64,000 nt of DNA. Source: Parasitella parasitica NRRL 2501 (taxonomy: Eukaryota > Fungi > Mucoromycota). Made by a program: the position numbers and the translations under genes. Every line of letters begins with the position of its first letter. The stretch's first letter is position 1. The notes under the pieces were generated by a model, which was given only the letters and a program-made list of their open reading frames with translations, did no database searches and was not told the origin of the DNA. The stretch is taken from the NCBI GenBank assembly GCA_025201805.1, contig MU619268.1:111412-175411 (forward strand), in the 5' to 3' direction. Of the stretch, positions 12,818-26,066 are shown piece after piece.

Positions 12818-13709
12818 TTATTGCTTCCTTGCCGCTGGCCCTGCAGTTCGCTTTTTCGTCACTGGCGATTTCACATCACTTGCTGTACTGTTTCTTTTAC
12901 CTAATGCCCAAAATTTTAGTACCCTCCACCGCTCTTAATTAGCAAGCAAACATACGTGAAACTGGGCTTTGTGCAGGAAACTGATTAGGGTATGCTGGTT
13001 GTTGTGGAGGTTGTGGTTGCGATTGGGCATGTAATTGTTGCTGTTGTATGTGTTGTTGGGCCTGCTGCTGCTGCTGCTGTAGTTGTAGTTGTTGCTGGTA
13101 TGCCATCTGATGTCCTGGAGTGAGTGGACCTTGTTGCTGCTGTAATTGCATTTGCTGTTGACGCTGCTGCTGCTGATGGAATTGGAATGCAGCTTGCTGT
13201 TGTTGCTGTCTTAAAGCAGCTTGTTGCTGCAATGGTGTGAATGGTTGGTGCGGACGACCAGTCTGTGTTTTTACAATCGGGGAATTAGAAGCAGCGGCAG
13301 CAGCAGCGGCAGCAGCAGTAGTAGAGGCAACAGTGGCCATTCCACTGACAATTGGAGTGTCTATTGGATGAGGTTTCATATCTGTCCTTACAAATATGAA
13401 TAATCTGAACCTTGCTACTAATCGCCAGCTATTGAGACAAACCTTCACTATCATTTTTCATCATCAATCGAGGCTGTTTATCGAAAGCAACAGCTCCCAG
13501 ACTCTCTATCAAATTGAAGCATACACAATGAATTACATTCTTCTTTTATAAGATTTCCCATCTACCTCTTGCTGAAGAGCCCGACACTATAGAGTGGAAT
13601 ACAACCTCACTAGTTCTAAGCGCTATATCCGCAATCTGAACAAAAATTCCATTGCCATATATAAAAAAGGGAGGAAGTAGCTATATATATCAGACATTTA
13701 GGTGGCAAG

Positions 13710-13740
<31 letters not shown>

Positions 13741-14819
13741 GAGATCAGCAAGGATTTGGCAGCCTTACGCCTTACCTGTAAAATGTGATAAACGCGAGGA
13801 GGTAATCCCCAATTGTTAATTGGAGATTCGGGTATGACCGATTGATGTGGTGGTATCTTTTTCTTTGAGCTTGGAACTGGTTCAGTTTTTATAGTTGTTC
13901 TCGTCACATATTCTTCATGACCTTGACATGAAAAGTCCATATGGCCAATCTTCCATTCTCCGTTGGCTGTCATTACAAACTGGACCCACAAAGGTCCCGT
14001 TGAAATTACCTTTCTTGGAGATTAGTTGCCAGTTTGTTATGAATCCCTTTCCCTTTCGCATGACTTACCAAGGTACCATTTTTGTAACGGTTGATAAAGC
14101 TGGCTCTAGGGCATTGCACATACATAATGCCTCCAGGTAGTATATATTCCATGGTTTTGTCCAAGGTCATTTGAATCGAGACCACTCCGCACAAATACTG
14201 AGTGTGAAAGAATCTGGCCAGTAACGCCTGGTTCACTTCTATTTGTTTCAAAAAGGCTCATCAGAAAAGGAAAGAGAGAAAATAAGAAAAACTACAACAA
14301 ACCATGGTTCTTTTGCTCGTTATCGACAACATTTGTCAATCCCAACTTGAGTGTGCCTTGCATGGTAAAAAAGCTTTGGACAAAATTGTCCCAGAATAAA
14401 CGATCTACAGCCTATAAAAGTAGCTATGTTTAGACATTCTGCTTCCGCCAACATAAACAAAACCCAACTACCTCTTCTTGACCTGGACTCAATTGCTCTG
14501 CAAATTGCAATAGACGGAGTACCGCTTGTCCGCTTGTTTGGCTAATCGAAGAAATGTTAACGACGAGTGTGATTACATCATATATATATGTATATATATG
14601 GTGTACCTTTGTTGAGCATCCACCGCCGAATTCATTTTACTCATCGCTGGAGCAGGAGACCCTTGAGAAACCATCACAGGTGTAGATGGTGGCAGTGCAC
14701 TGATGCGCGGCGTCGATTGCTGCTGCTGCATTTGAGGTGTTCTCTGAGGTGTGTTTGGCCGTTGTTGAGGAGTGTTTTGCTGTGGCAACTGTTGCTGCTG
14801 CTGCTGCTGCTGCTGCTGT

Positions 14820-14854
<35 letters not shown>

Positions 14855-15268
14855 ATGTAATAATTGTTGCTGATGGTGGTGTTGTTGCTGCTGCAGCAAT
14901 AAATGCTGTTGCTGTGCCATTTTTTGCTGTTTCTGCTGCTGCTGCTGCTGCTGCTGCAATAATTGAGGTTGTTGCTGAAACAGTTGCTGCTGTTGTTGCG
15001 CTTGTTGCGCTTGTTGCGCTTGTTGCATTTGTTGCACTTGTTGCATTTGTTGCATTTGTTGCATTTGTTGCATTTGTTGCATTTGCTGCATTTGCTGCTG
15101 CTGTTGCTTTTGGGCCATTAATTGCTTTTGTCTAAATATGTTTTGAGCTTGTAATTGCTGCTGCTGTAATTGTGCCTGTGCAAATGCTTGTGCAGGACTA
15201 GCTGGTACTTGGTTGTGCAAACCCGAAGGCTGCGGTGTACCAGCAGTGGAAGGGAGTGCGGTTGACAT
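12818..15268 (-). CDS. LIM-domain-binding (LDB/SEUSS/Mfg1/Adn1-like) transcriptional co-regulator with Q-rich termini, multi-exon
   Basis: The central exons read GQAVLRLLQFAEQLS, FWDNFVQSFF, EVNQALLARFFHTQYLCGV, VQCPRASFINRYKNGTLV, KIGHMDFSCQGHEEYV and PESPINNWGLPPRVYHILQI, matching the LIM_bind domain pattern. Poly-Q flanks and a basic C-terminus are present. Confidence 0.85.
14788..15110. repeat. CAG/CAA trinucleotide tract plus 9-bp (QQM/QQA) tandem units inside the LDB gene
   Basis: Directly visible tgc/tgt runs and ttgttgcat/ttgttgcgc 9-mers. Confidence 0.95.
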
Positions 15269-16662
15269 GAATCCTTTTTGTTGTGTATTTCTTGCTTATC
15301 GGTAGATAATAAGGATAAAAAAAAATTACACTCTGGTGAGGTTTTACCAAGAAGAAATGAGGAAAAAAGGGGATAAAAGAGAAAAAGAGAGAATAAAGTT
15401 TTATTTTTTTTGTATCGGCTACTCTAATCGCCCTCCCTTTCAAATCTCCTCCCTTTTTTAATCCTCTAATCCCAATTTTCCATGTCTGCAACAAAACCAA
15501 TCAATTCGGCGAGTTCGATGACATAAGCTTTCACAGATAGTCTGATCTCATTATCATTGCTTGAATGAACACTTTTGAAAAGAGCTCATCAGCACGAGAT
15601 TTGGGTAGGATACAAAAAAACTAAATTAACTTTAAAACCGGGAGACTTCTTTTAGTTGATTTAATGTTTTTTCAGTCTCACCATGGTAGTATAAAGACAT
15701 TATAATAATCACAAATGGTGGATCAAAATTTCCTTGGTGCAGTTGCTCATTGTCCGGAAATGTCAAAAAGAATGAAAAAGGATCATCTCCCTAGCTGCCA
15801 TTTTCATTTCAAATGTGATTTGAAACCTTGGCAAGTTATGGCTCGTTTGTTCCTGAAGGAGAATGAAATTACTCGGATGGTGGCAGCAGAGAAATGGCCA
15901 TCTCTACATTAATACATCCAAACGTTGCCATCAAGACTAAATTTGCTTGAAGCAAAACTGATAATTTAGTAAATTACAAGCAGATCAGGCTTTGAATTGA
16001 AAAAGCACAATTTATTCCCTCTATCTACTAGAGTGCTATACGTTCTTAAAAATTCATTTGTATATAAAGCAACATCCGCCGGTTCTCATCAAAGACAGCG
16101 GACGCATTTACCAGGCTTAACAATAGCCTTTTTTTTTGTGCATAAAAATTGTGATCCAACGATGGCTAGAGTTTGAATTCCGGTGTAGGGCAATAAAAAA
16201 GAGATGCGTCCAACCTCAAGCTTTTTACGTATTGGTGCCATACATATCAAAGAACTACTGTCTGCATATTAGATATGGACCATTGTTGCGGATTATAGAT
16301 TTGATTTATCATGACATTATGTCGCAATATACGCATTTGAAATGAGAATGAGGTCTATTCGATGAGGCCTTTCAAAATTTAGGGACAACAAATAACTTTT
16401 TTATTATAAATGTTGATCACCGAATCTCATAGTGCATTCTGTGTACATGAACGCACAACTCCTTAAAATGTAATATACATACTAAACAAGCTTTTTTCTT
16501 TGTTTTTTATGAGGATTTTCATTATTAAAATTCTGCCATGTCAATGATACAGTTTATTTTTTCAAAGGAANNNNNNNNNNNNNNNNNNNNNNNNNNNNNN
16601 NNNNNNNNNNNNNNNAAAAAAAAGGGACACGAGAAGAAAATCTGCTTCAAAAATAAAAGTGC

Positions 16663-17350
16663 TCATTTGTTGCCCAACCAGCTCGTTGTAGCAAAAGAGC
16701 CTGTCATTTCAGATGTATTTTGTGGTAGGTCGTAATCATTCGAAGATGATGAACTCAAACCCAATGTAGATCTCTTTCTTCTCACAACGTATTCCAACGC
16801 TGGTGCTTGCATTGACTGGGATCGCCTTACGGTTCCAGCGCTTTGTGACGCTCTGAGAGGGATGGCGACTTTGTTAGAGCCGTTTCCATTGCTACTTGCA
16901 ATACTATTGACATGTAGATTATTGTTGCTAGGTGACGAAGAAAAGCTGATGACTGGTACAATAGCTGTGCTTGTGGACCGGCGTTTAGACTTTTCATTGC
17001 CAATAGCAACGGCAGGTGATCGAGTAGGAAAGCTAGATGGTGGCCCATATCGATCAATGTCGCTTTTCTGTCGATTTATAGCTATCTTTTTGGGAGGCCT
17101 ATCTGCTGTGGTGTTTGAGTTGAATGAAGAAGGTATTGTTTTAGCCTTGGACAGGGGGTGTGTGGATTTGGAATGTATGCTAACATCGCTTGTATTAGAT
17201 GACATGAATCGTGCATGTAAGGAACCTTGTGATGCCATTGGCTGCACTGTTTTCTTTTCTTTGGCAGTAGATGTGGGCGAGCGCTGAAATACGTTGGACA
17301 GCCAAGTTAGGGCGCTTGATGCCTTGCTTTGGTCTTTGTGTACGAGTTGC

Positions 17351-17382
<32 letters not shown>

Positions 17383-19532
17383 TTGTTGCTCTTTCTGTTT
17401 TCTCAGTACTTCTTCTTCCAAGCGAATATCGCTTTCTTCCACCTTTTTAACGTATTCTACCTGGAGGTCATTCATCGTTGTTCTAAGCTGACCAATCTCC
17501 TTTAGCATTTCCTGCACCAACCCTACGATTGGGAAAAACTCCAACATGGATACGTCATGAATCCATCTCTCTTGCTTTACTAGAGATGTGTCTTCGACCC
17601 ATGAAAACCTTGTCCTAAAGTTGTCTGCGTCTGTCACGATGTTCTCGATGATGGAGTTGCTCATGCTGCTCAGTTCCAGAATGTCAAATGCACGCCTTAG
17701 CCGTCTGTTTAATGCTCTGATGTCGGTCTGCTGTAGTCTCTGCAACACATTTGATAATTGACTGTAGAGCTGCCTGAACGGTGAGCTTGTGTCGATTCTG
17801 GAGACGGATGATGAGGAGACGGTTGTTTTAGTGTTCTATGCCATGTTAGTAGATGTCACACTGGAAGGCAATTTATGCATACCTGATCAGACTTTGGTCG
17901 TACTGAGGTTTTGTTTTTACCTTTTTCAACCAATAGCTTATTTCGCATATAATAGTGGTAGTGGTGGTGCACGATTGGACCTGATGACGATTCTGGTGTG
18001 CCATCTTGTGCTACGACTGTACCTGTTTCATCTTTTTGTTGGTTCCGTGATATCCTCGGCAGAGTGTCTAAAATTGTAGTGGGTCTCTGAGGTGCAGATT
18101 GACTGAGTCTGCCACGGTTTTCATCGTCTCGGTCGTTATAATGGCTGTCATCGTCATGGTGCATACTGTTGTCTTGTTTGGCATACTGATCACTTCTACA
18201 TTCCATTAGCAAATCGCTGCAGTCGATTAAATCTGACTTTAGTTTGTTGTTGGCTGACGCTAATTCCTTTATCAGTTCAATGAGCTGGTTATGGCTGGTC
18301 ATTTGCAAATCAGATGCAGTGGGCGAGAGCAGAGCTGATGTAAGCTGCAGAGCATGTTAGTTTGTTATATCTGAGCAACTATATGCAGCGTTGCTATACT
18401 ATACCTTGAGCACATCCTTTCGCAGTTTTTCATTTGATTCTTTTAGCCATACAAGATCCAACTGGTGACTTGACGTTTCCTGTTGGTCCAGCTTTAGTTT
18501 CTCAAATGCAAGGCAAATGGATTCGTATTTCGTCCCCAGTTTTTTGTATTTGGATTCTAGCGTAAGTTCTGCTTTTCTTGAAATGGCCAATTCCTGCTTC
18601 ACATCCTCTAGCTATACATGCACTGTTTAATAGCGAAAAAAAAAAAAAGAGAAACACGTTCGCTGTGCAATGACGTACTTTTGCCCTCAGCGTGTCTTCT
18701 CGTATGTCTGCCTGTCGCGCCATAAATTTGAATATCCTCAGCTTCTCCACTTCGTTATTCTTTGACTTTAGCTCGGATCCCAGCTGCAAACACATGCTGT
18801 TGCACATATCCAAATCTGACGTTGTTTCATTCAATGCCTATCTGATATTTATATCAAGAACAATCAAATGCTAACTCATCTTACCTTTTGTATTTTCTGG
18901 CATTCCCAGACAGACTTGTTCTTTTCTTGCAGATATTCTTGCTTACAGACGTCAGACTCTGTCAACGATTGCTCCAGCTCGTGGATCCTGTCGTGTAATA
19001 GCTCGGTCTGCTGCTCAAGCTGCTGCTTCATTTCATTCGATTCCGTCACAAATTGCTCATGTTTCTCCAGCAGACTCTGTCCGATCACTAAAGGGAGGGA
19101 GGGAGGGAGAGGGGGGGGGGGGTTTAAAAAAATAAAGCTTGGTTAATTTTATTATGCCAAAAGGGGGGGGGGGCTGGATGAGGGGATTAAAGGGGTGGGA
19201 TAGAATGAAATACCTGCCGCCAGACGAGTATCATTTTCTAATTTGCGAATCGTACTGGATATTCTTTCAAGGTTTTCGCAATCGCTCTGATTACAGCATC
19301 TGCAGATATCAAGCAGCCAAGAGACAGAAGAGGATGGCGTGTTTGGAATACTTCTAGACAGCCAGTCTTGTAGCGACTCTTCTATCGACGGCATAAATGC
19401 ACTGCTTGAAGCATCCATTGCCGCAATCGCAATGCTTGTTGCGTCAATGTCTGCTGTTATACTAGACAGTGGCGGTAGAGTTGCTGCTCTGCTATTTACG
19501 CGGGTGCGAGGTCGCTGTCTGTTGAGAGACAT
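16663..19532 (-). CDS. Uncharacterised fungal coiled-coil protein, about 6 exons
   Basis: Exons 19214-19532, ~18885-19087, ~18680-18837, ~18405-18607, ~17884-18346 and 16663-~17835 link by GT-AG introns. Heptad-rich segments, RLAAVIGQSLL across intron 1, and a conserved-looking block LQQTDIRALNRRLRRAFDI are present. Confidence 0.75.
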
Positions 19533-20690
19533 GTCTGTTGTGAACAACAAAAGAGTACAAGAGGAAGAAGAAAAAGGAAAAAGTGTTGGTCCAAAAAAGA
19601 ATATAATAGCACACAAAGAAAAAGCGAAAATGGAGACACTCTCTCACAAGCATCACAAGCATCATCATCATCATCTACAGCAGCACCAGCAGCAGCAGAC
19701 ATCAGGTATTTATTTAATCCATGTACACGCTCGCATATATACATATACGGCACATATTATCTACGCATATTTATATATANNNNNNNNNNNNNNNNNNNNN
19801 NNNNNNNNNNNNNNNCAATCCAAGGTACCAAATCCGGTGGCATAAAAATGATATCAGCCAATGATACCATGTTAAATTTAGAACAGAAGAGGCATATATA
19901 GAACTGGATAGCTCTATATTAAAGGTATATTAAATATAGTATCATACACCAGAATACATCATCTACCCAATAAATATATAAATCCAAGGAGGTAGGGCTG
20001 TTGAATTCAGCCCAAGTCCGTCGTCAAAATGCGCAAATGCGTTTGTCTTTAAATATTTGAAAATGACTTTTGCGGCTCATACATGTTTATCAGATTGCCA
20101 TCACTATTTATGATTTACCGAACCGCTAAAGGGAGATGCATATTCGCTGTTCGAGGCGATGCAATCACGAGCTTGACAGGTGCCATCCTGTTTTGCACGT
20201 TTTTTATTTAGATATCAGCGTTGAAAAAAGCAGAGTACTATCATCTAATGATGAAACCCAATGCATTTTCGAAAAAAAAAAAAAAAAAAAAAAAAACCAT
20301 AAATGTTGTAGATCAAGATTTTACCAATACCAAGACGAGCGATTGGTTGATATCCGGCTTTCCGAACGATGGTGGTTTGAAACTTTTTAGTTTGCTTGAT
20401 TGCACAAACAAACACGTGTGGTCATGTTAGCTTTTTTGTTTTTTTTTAAAAAAAAAAAAACGGTTTTCTTTTAATCATGGGGTTTGTCAAGTTGAATTTC
20501 GCTACAATATGCATCCTGACTGAGGACAAGAAGGGAATACCACCATTCAGCCATGTGCGTTCTCATTGCAAGCGCAATTGGCCCGGAATTTGAGAGGCAG
20601 ATGCAAATCCTTGCTTTGAATGGTTTGATTTCTGATGCGTTTGGTTAGAGAAAAATTCACTTTAGAGCGTAAATCTTATTTTTATTCTCG

Positions 20691-20698
20691 TATATAAA
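20691..20698 (+). promoter_or_regulatory. Putative TATA box for the 20787 ORF
   Basis: tatataaa followed by a CT-rich stretch before the ATG. Confidence 0.4.
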
Positions 20699-20786
20699 GG
20701 CTATTGATTTTCCTCTTTTTTTTTTTTTCTTTATTGACATTTCTCTCACTCTTCTTCATTAATTCAACACTCTATTTTTATTGACA

Positions 20787-21119
20787 ATGCCTTCTCGTTT
20801 CCAAGAACATTTTGAAATCCCACAGCAAGATTTATTCTTCTGCCATCGAGATTTGTCTGATGCTGATGAAGAGGGGCTGTATCGTCGTCAATCATTATCC
20901 ACCACTATTGGGTCAACTACATCCACTTCATCTTTGCATTACACACTATCGCCTTCCAACTCGAATGGGCAATGTAGCTTGAAAAGACAATCACGAGTCA
21001 AGCCAAGAAGAAACACACACATAAACGGCGCATCTTCACTAACAAGCAGCGTCAGTAATAGTAGCATCATTGGCTGGTGCCTGAAAGCAAAATCTAAAAT
21101 CGTAAAGCTTCGTCAGTGA
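20787..21119 (+). CDS. Small (110 aa) Ser-rich orphan protein
   Basis: Single-exon ORF MPSRFQEHF... with a TATA-like tatataaa about 95 bp upstream, a pyrimidine-rich leader, an A at -3, and aataaa downstream. Confidence 0.6.
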   Translation: MPSRFQEHFEIPQQDLFFCHRDLSDADEEGLYRRQSLSTTIGSTTSTSSLHYTLSPSNSNGQCSLKRQSRVKPRRNTHINGASSLTSSVSNSSIIGWCLKAKSKIVKLRQ

Positions 21120-21819
21120 TTACATCCTTCTCACTCTCATTCATTTATACCATTTTCTGTAAATATTCTTCTATACCCATATCCTCCCCTTGTTTATTGA
21201 TTTTTTTTTTAAAAAAAAAAAAAAAAAAAAAACCATGTATAAATAAACGAAAACTCTCATGATTTTCACTCTATACAATGCAATGTCTCCTGTATATAAG
21301 CATATTTATTTGATCAAGTACGAGTAATATGCGATTTATTCAATCTTGCTATTTCCAACAACTTCACTTTTATCCAATGAAACCCGAGATCAAAACAACA
21401 CAACCAATTGGGGAATAGCCCGCATTTTTTATTTTTATTTTTTTTTATTACCTTGCGAGTATTTGCAACCTTCCTATCTAAACACATTTGACCGAAGTTT
21501 AGAATATAAGAGACGTCAGGGCTGTTACACACCTTCGCATTCAATTCAGGTACAAAAACTCAATAAAATATTATAATAAAAATAGCTGTTTCATGTTCGC
21601 CTAAACGTAAAATGTTGAGCAGAATGTGGTCAATAGTCCAATAGTAGCTACAAACCATGAATGGTCAGTTGACCCAGAAACTTCTTTTCAGTCTTGCTGT
21701 TCTGTATCGTAACACAACAGATACAACGTATAATTAATCTTATAGTTAACATTGTTGAGTAATAAATTTTTGCTCCTTTATATCTCTCTCTCTTTATTGT
21801 TTATATAATTGCAAACACC

Positions 21820-23826
21820 ATGTCGGAAGAATTATGGTTGCCATGGAAGCAGTTATTCTTAATCTGTGCCTGCCGCATTGCTGTAAGAACGACACGACAC
21901 TATAAAATAGATAAATTACTAACACGACAAGCCTACAGGAACCAATTTCGTTTAGCATCCATCTTCCTTTCATTTATTTTGTATGTATCCGCAAAAAAAA
22001 AAAAAAATTAAACCAACTCTGCTAAATTAGTGTATTACACAGATGATTCGAGATTTTAAAATGACAGACGAACTTCACATAGGCTACTATACTAGCTTAA
22101 TAACATCGGCCTTTGCTATGGCACAGTTCGTATCAGGTAAGCAGTAATCTACAGTTTGAGTCAGTATACACTTGCTATATATTGTCTAATTTATGATTCA
22201 CAAATTACAAGGTATGCCGTGGGGATCACTTTCGGACCGAATCGGTCGTAAGCCTGTCGTATTGATTGGTCTTGCTTCCACAATAATGGGTGTATTTTTG
22301 TTTGGTTTATCGAAATCGTTTACATGGGTGTTGGCTACAAAGATATTCTCAGGATTATTTGTACGTATGCATGAGTGATCTACCAAAAAAAAAAATAGAA
22401 AATTTTAACAACGCATATTCATGCAAAGAATGGGAATATTAGTGTACTCAAGAGCATGATCGCTGAATTGACCGAGAAACACACTGCAGAAAAGAGAACC
22501 AAAGCATTTTCACTCTTACAAGTAACATTTGGGTTGGGTAGCATAATGGGTGCTGCTTTAGGAGGTAAAAAGCACAATGTTGTAATAATATCTCATATTT
22601 CGTATGGGCTAAATTTCAATCTAGGCTATCTATCAAATCCTGTAAGTAAATATCCAAATTTGATCGTCTATTTGGGTACTTCAATCACACAATTCTTGAT
22701 TGAATATCCTTATTTTTTGCCGTGCTTTGTTGCTACCTGTATATCAACATTTTGTTGGCTCCTAGGATTTTTCTTTTTGAAAGAAACACTTCAAAGCCAA
22801 AAAGTCATCAAGGATAATCGAGAACAAGAGCCGCTACTGCAAAATAACGAACAAACGTATGATTCAGTTACTCCAACGGAAGAACCCGAAAACACAAGGC
22901 CCCGTTTAACTCTTACCGAAAGACTGACGCCTCCGGTATTGGCAATTAGTGTTCTATATGCAGTTACTGCATTCCAGATGCTTTTCTTTGATGGTTAGTT
23001 TGATTTTATGTTTGTCAATTTAGATGTTGCATGAATAATTGACATTTGACCATCAACTGTATATATAGAGCTCTTACCAACATGGTCAGCTACTCCCAAA
23101 GATGCAGGAGGTCTTGGATTTGAATCTGGAGAGATCGGCACAATCTTGTCCTATGCTGGCATGGTCATGTTGTTAGTTCAGATCTTTGCTCTTTCTCGCC
23201 TTACTGCTATTCTTGGACTATTGAATCTATTCCAATTATCTCTTATGTCTAGTGCCTTTGTATTTTTAGCTCAAGGACTAAACCGGCTTCTGTTCCAAAT
23301 TCCTGATCCTACTTCCAATGGGGAAGTTGGCACAAAGTTCTGGGTTTGGTTTGGCTTGATCTTTTGCTTGACGATCAAATCATTATCTCAAACTATTGCA
23401 ATCACTATATCTGTCATCTTGTTGAATAACTCTGTAGAAAGACACGATACACTTGGATTTGTTAACGGATTTTCACAATGTGAGTCTTGTTCACAGACAC
23501 ACTACAAAAATATGATGACTGATTTTAAAAATAGGTTGTAATGCTGCAATGAGGACGCTTAGTCCTGCTGCCGCTGGTTATGTTTGGTCAAGGTAAATAT
23601 ATAAATGCATGATCTTATGTANNNNNNNNNNNNNNNNNNNNNNNNNNNNNNNNNNNNNNNNNNNNNNNNNNNNNNTTCTAGATCCATAGCATCCGAATGG
23701 ATTCCTTTAGAAATCCGTTCCTATCTTCCTTGGGGTTTTTTAGGCATAATTGGCTGGATTACGTTTTTTGCTGGTATGCAGTTGAATCCAACATACTATA
23801 ATAAGCCTCATAGAACGAGTTCGTAA
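21820..23826 (+). CDS. MFS transporter (ZIFL/YCR023C-like), about 9 exons
   Basis: EPISFSIHLPFIYFMIRDF; MFS motif A WGSLSDRIGRKPV; NGNISVLKSMIAELT; EYPYFLPC; TPKDAGGLGF. All junctions are GT-AG and in frame. Confidence 0.92.
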
Positions 23827-24499
23827 CGAGTATTGTCAATTATTTTGAATCAACAAGATTATGCAATACTGCATTTATAAAAGCATGTCAAAACTTAATT
23901 GTTACGTTTTAGAGATCGTCTTGAGATCTATAACCTTTTCACCTGATTATGTAGTTACAAATACAATTGACATTTTGGTTGGAATATTGGTCGAATTCTT
24001 GTATGTTTTTTTTTATATGTCAATTGACAAAAATAGCCTGAGTGTGTAAAAATTGCAGTAGTTTTTATATATATGTATCAACGGCCCCCCCTTTTTTTCC
24101 CTTTCCATACTATTGTGTATAAAGATTACAGACACAATCATGATCGATCGTTAAATATGTTTAAAAACAGCTTGATCCGTATGTAGATACAATCCTTGTG
24201 TAACATACATGTATACATATCATATAATATTTTATCATTAATATTGCATATTTATGAAAGGGAATGAAATTAAGGTATACTAGAATACGCTTTGCTAGAA
24301 ACTGACTACGTATCCAAGATACCGATAAAACGGTGGTTCTTTAAAGGTCGCAGATGTCAATACAGATATATATATATATGCTATCAGGTATCCTTGCTGT
24401 ATGGTATTCAGACTACGGTAGTATGAGCAAGCTAACTCATTGTAATATTTGTGCCATGGCCGTTCTTTATTTTTCAAAATAACCTTTTTAAACCAATAA

Positions 24500-25750
24500 A
24501 AGTTATTTATCTGACAGCCCAAAATTTACAAAACACTTTATATTCGCAATGCGGATCGTACTCCAAGTAAAGTTCTTCTTTTCATCTGCCCTCACTTGAC
24601 ATTTTGGGAGAAGCAAGTAGCTGGAAAGACTTGCAAAAGGATGCTTCGTTTTATCAAGGCGATAATTTTAAGCGTTTCAAACATTTTTTTTTTTTTTTTT
24701 TTTTCGCAAAAGCAACAAATATTACGGAGACCGTGTTCACTGCCTACACATAAGATACGACAACGTTTCCACAGCCTTACGGTGCACGAATTCCGAAGAC
24801 TTATGGTACATGGCTGAGCTACCGGCTTTACTAAAACGCTTTCCTACACTACAAAAAAAAATCTTCTTGGAGAACAACTAGCAGACGGTCGGGTTGTTAA
24901 GGAAATCAATGTTGTCAACCAAGATGATGCACAGTACTATAAAGATGTCACTCGCTTTTCAAGAGCCCAATCTCTTTCATTTGTCCAAAACAGTTTTAAA
25001 GGATGGAGGATTCCCGCTATCTGGTTTGAACAGGACGTGTGTTTAGATGGGGGCGGCGAATGCAAATCGTTCGTTCAACATCTTTCGAGAGCTCCTAAAC
25101 TGAAGGCACTCGAATTAGGTAGCCGTCAAGTATCATTGTTTGGCTTGGATCAGTTGTACTTTAAAAGCAGAGCAATTGGAAATTCAGAGATCGATAGATA
25201 TTTGGGAGGATTCCTGGCAATCGCAGTAAAATACAGAAACTTGAAAATCTTTAATATTAGCGAATATGGGAATGTTGGTAGATCTTACAATACCTATTTG
25301 GCTGTTGTTGCTTCCAATTGTCCATATCTGGAAATCTGTAAAGTCGATATGCAAAAAGGTACAATTACCCCTAGATATTCCAATATTGTAGAGAAAATGG
25401 CTGCGAATAGGATCAAGTTGAAGAATGTATTGATAACAAAACATGATCCCGTAATGCAAGTCAAGACTTGGTCTTACGTGATGAAAATGAACATTTCAAG
25501 TATTCGAATCAAATTTAGCAGACCAACTATCTGTTTTGAGTTTATTATAATGAGGAGACTTTCATTTCATTGAGGGCTTCTAGTTGGCTATAAATTACGA
25601 TACTCTGTGTTTTTATTCAAGTTCAAAAAGTGCAAGAATCACACGACGAATTATCAACATATGACATGAAGAAAACCAGCCAAAATAATATGCCATTTAT
25701 ATTTATGCTCGATTGCTCAACACAGGCTTTCAAGTACTCGGCTTCTGTTA
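24500..25750 (+). pseudogene. Probable decayed LRR/F-box-type gene fragment
   Basis: LRR-like patches (RAPKLKALELG, YRNLKIFNIS, SNCPYLEICKVD) occur in the 178-aa ORF, which lacks a proper ATG. Upstream frames are broken. Confidence 0.35.
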
Positions 25751-26066
25751 CTTGATCATAACAAAGTTAAAGAAGAAAAAGTTGCTGAGTATATAAGATT
25801 GGATTTGGAGGCATGAAGACATTAAATAAGGCAAAATCATCACTTTAGCCATCAGGGAGCGTATTTAAAAAAACCCCATTTTTATTTATTAGTAGTATAA
25901 CATTTTTACATTTTTATATTATATTTGTTACAAATTTTCTATTATAAACACATCAAAATGCACCTGGGCAAGTTAAATTTTTGGATAATTTTTGCCTTCT
26001 TTTTTTTTTTTTTTTCGGTATGAGACTCATATGTATAGTTGGTTTGGTGATGGAAGCCCGTTTTCA

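Noticed and set aside
14588-15135. Plus-strand poly-Leu and poly-Ala/Val ORFs
   Set aside because: Antisense shadows of the poly-Q exon.
15690-16130. Possible transposon-derived coding relic
   Set aside because: No diagnostic motif identified.
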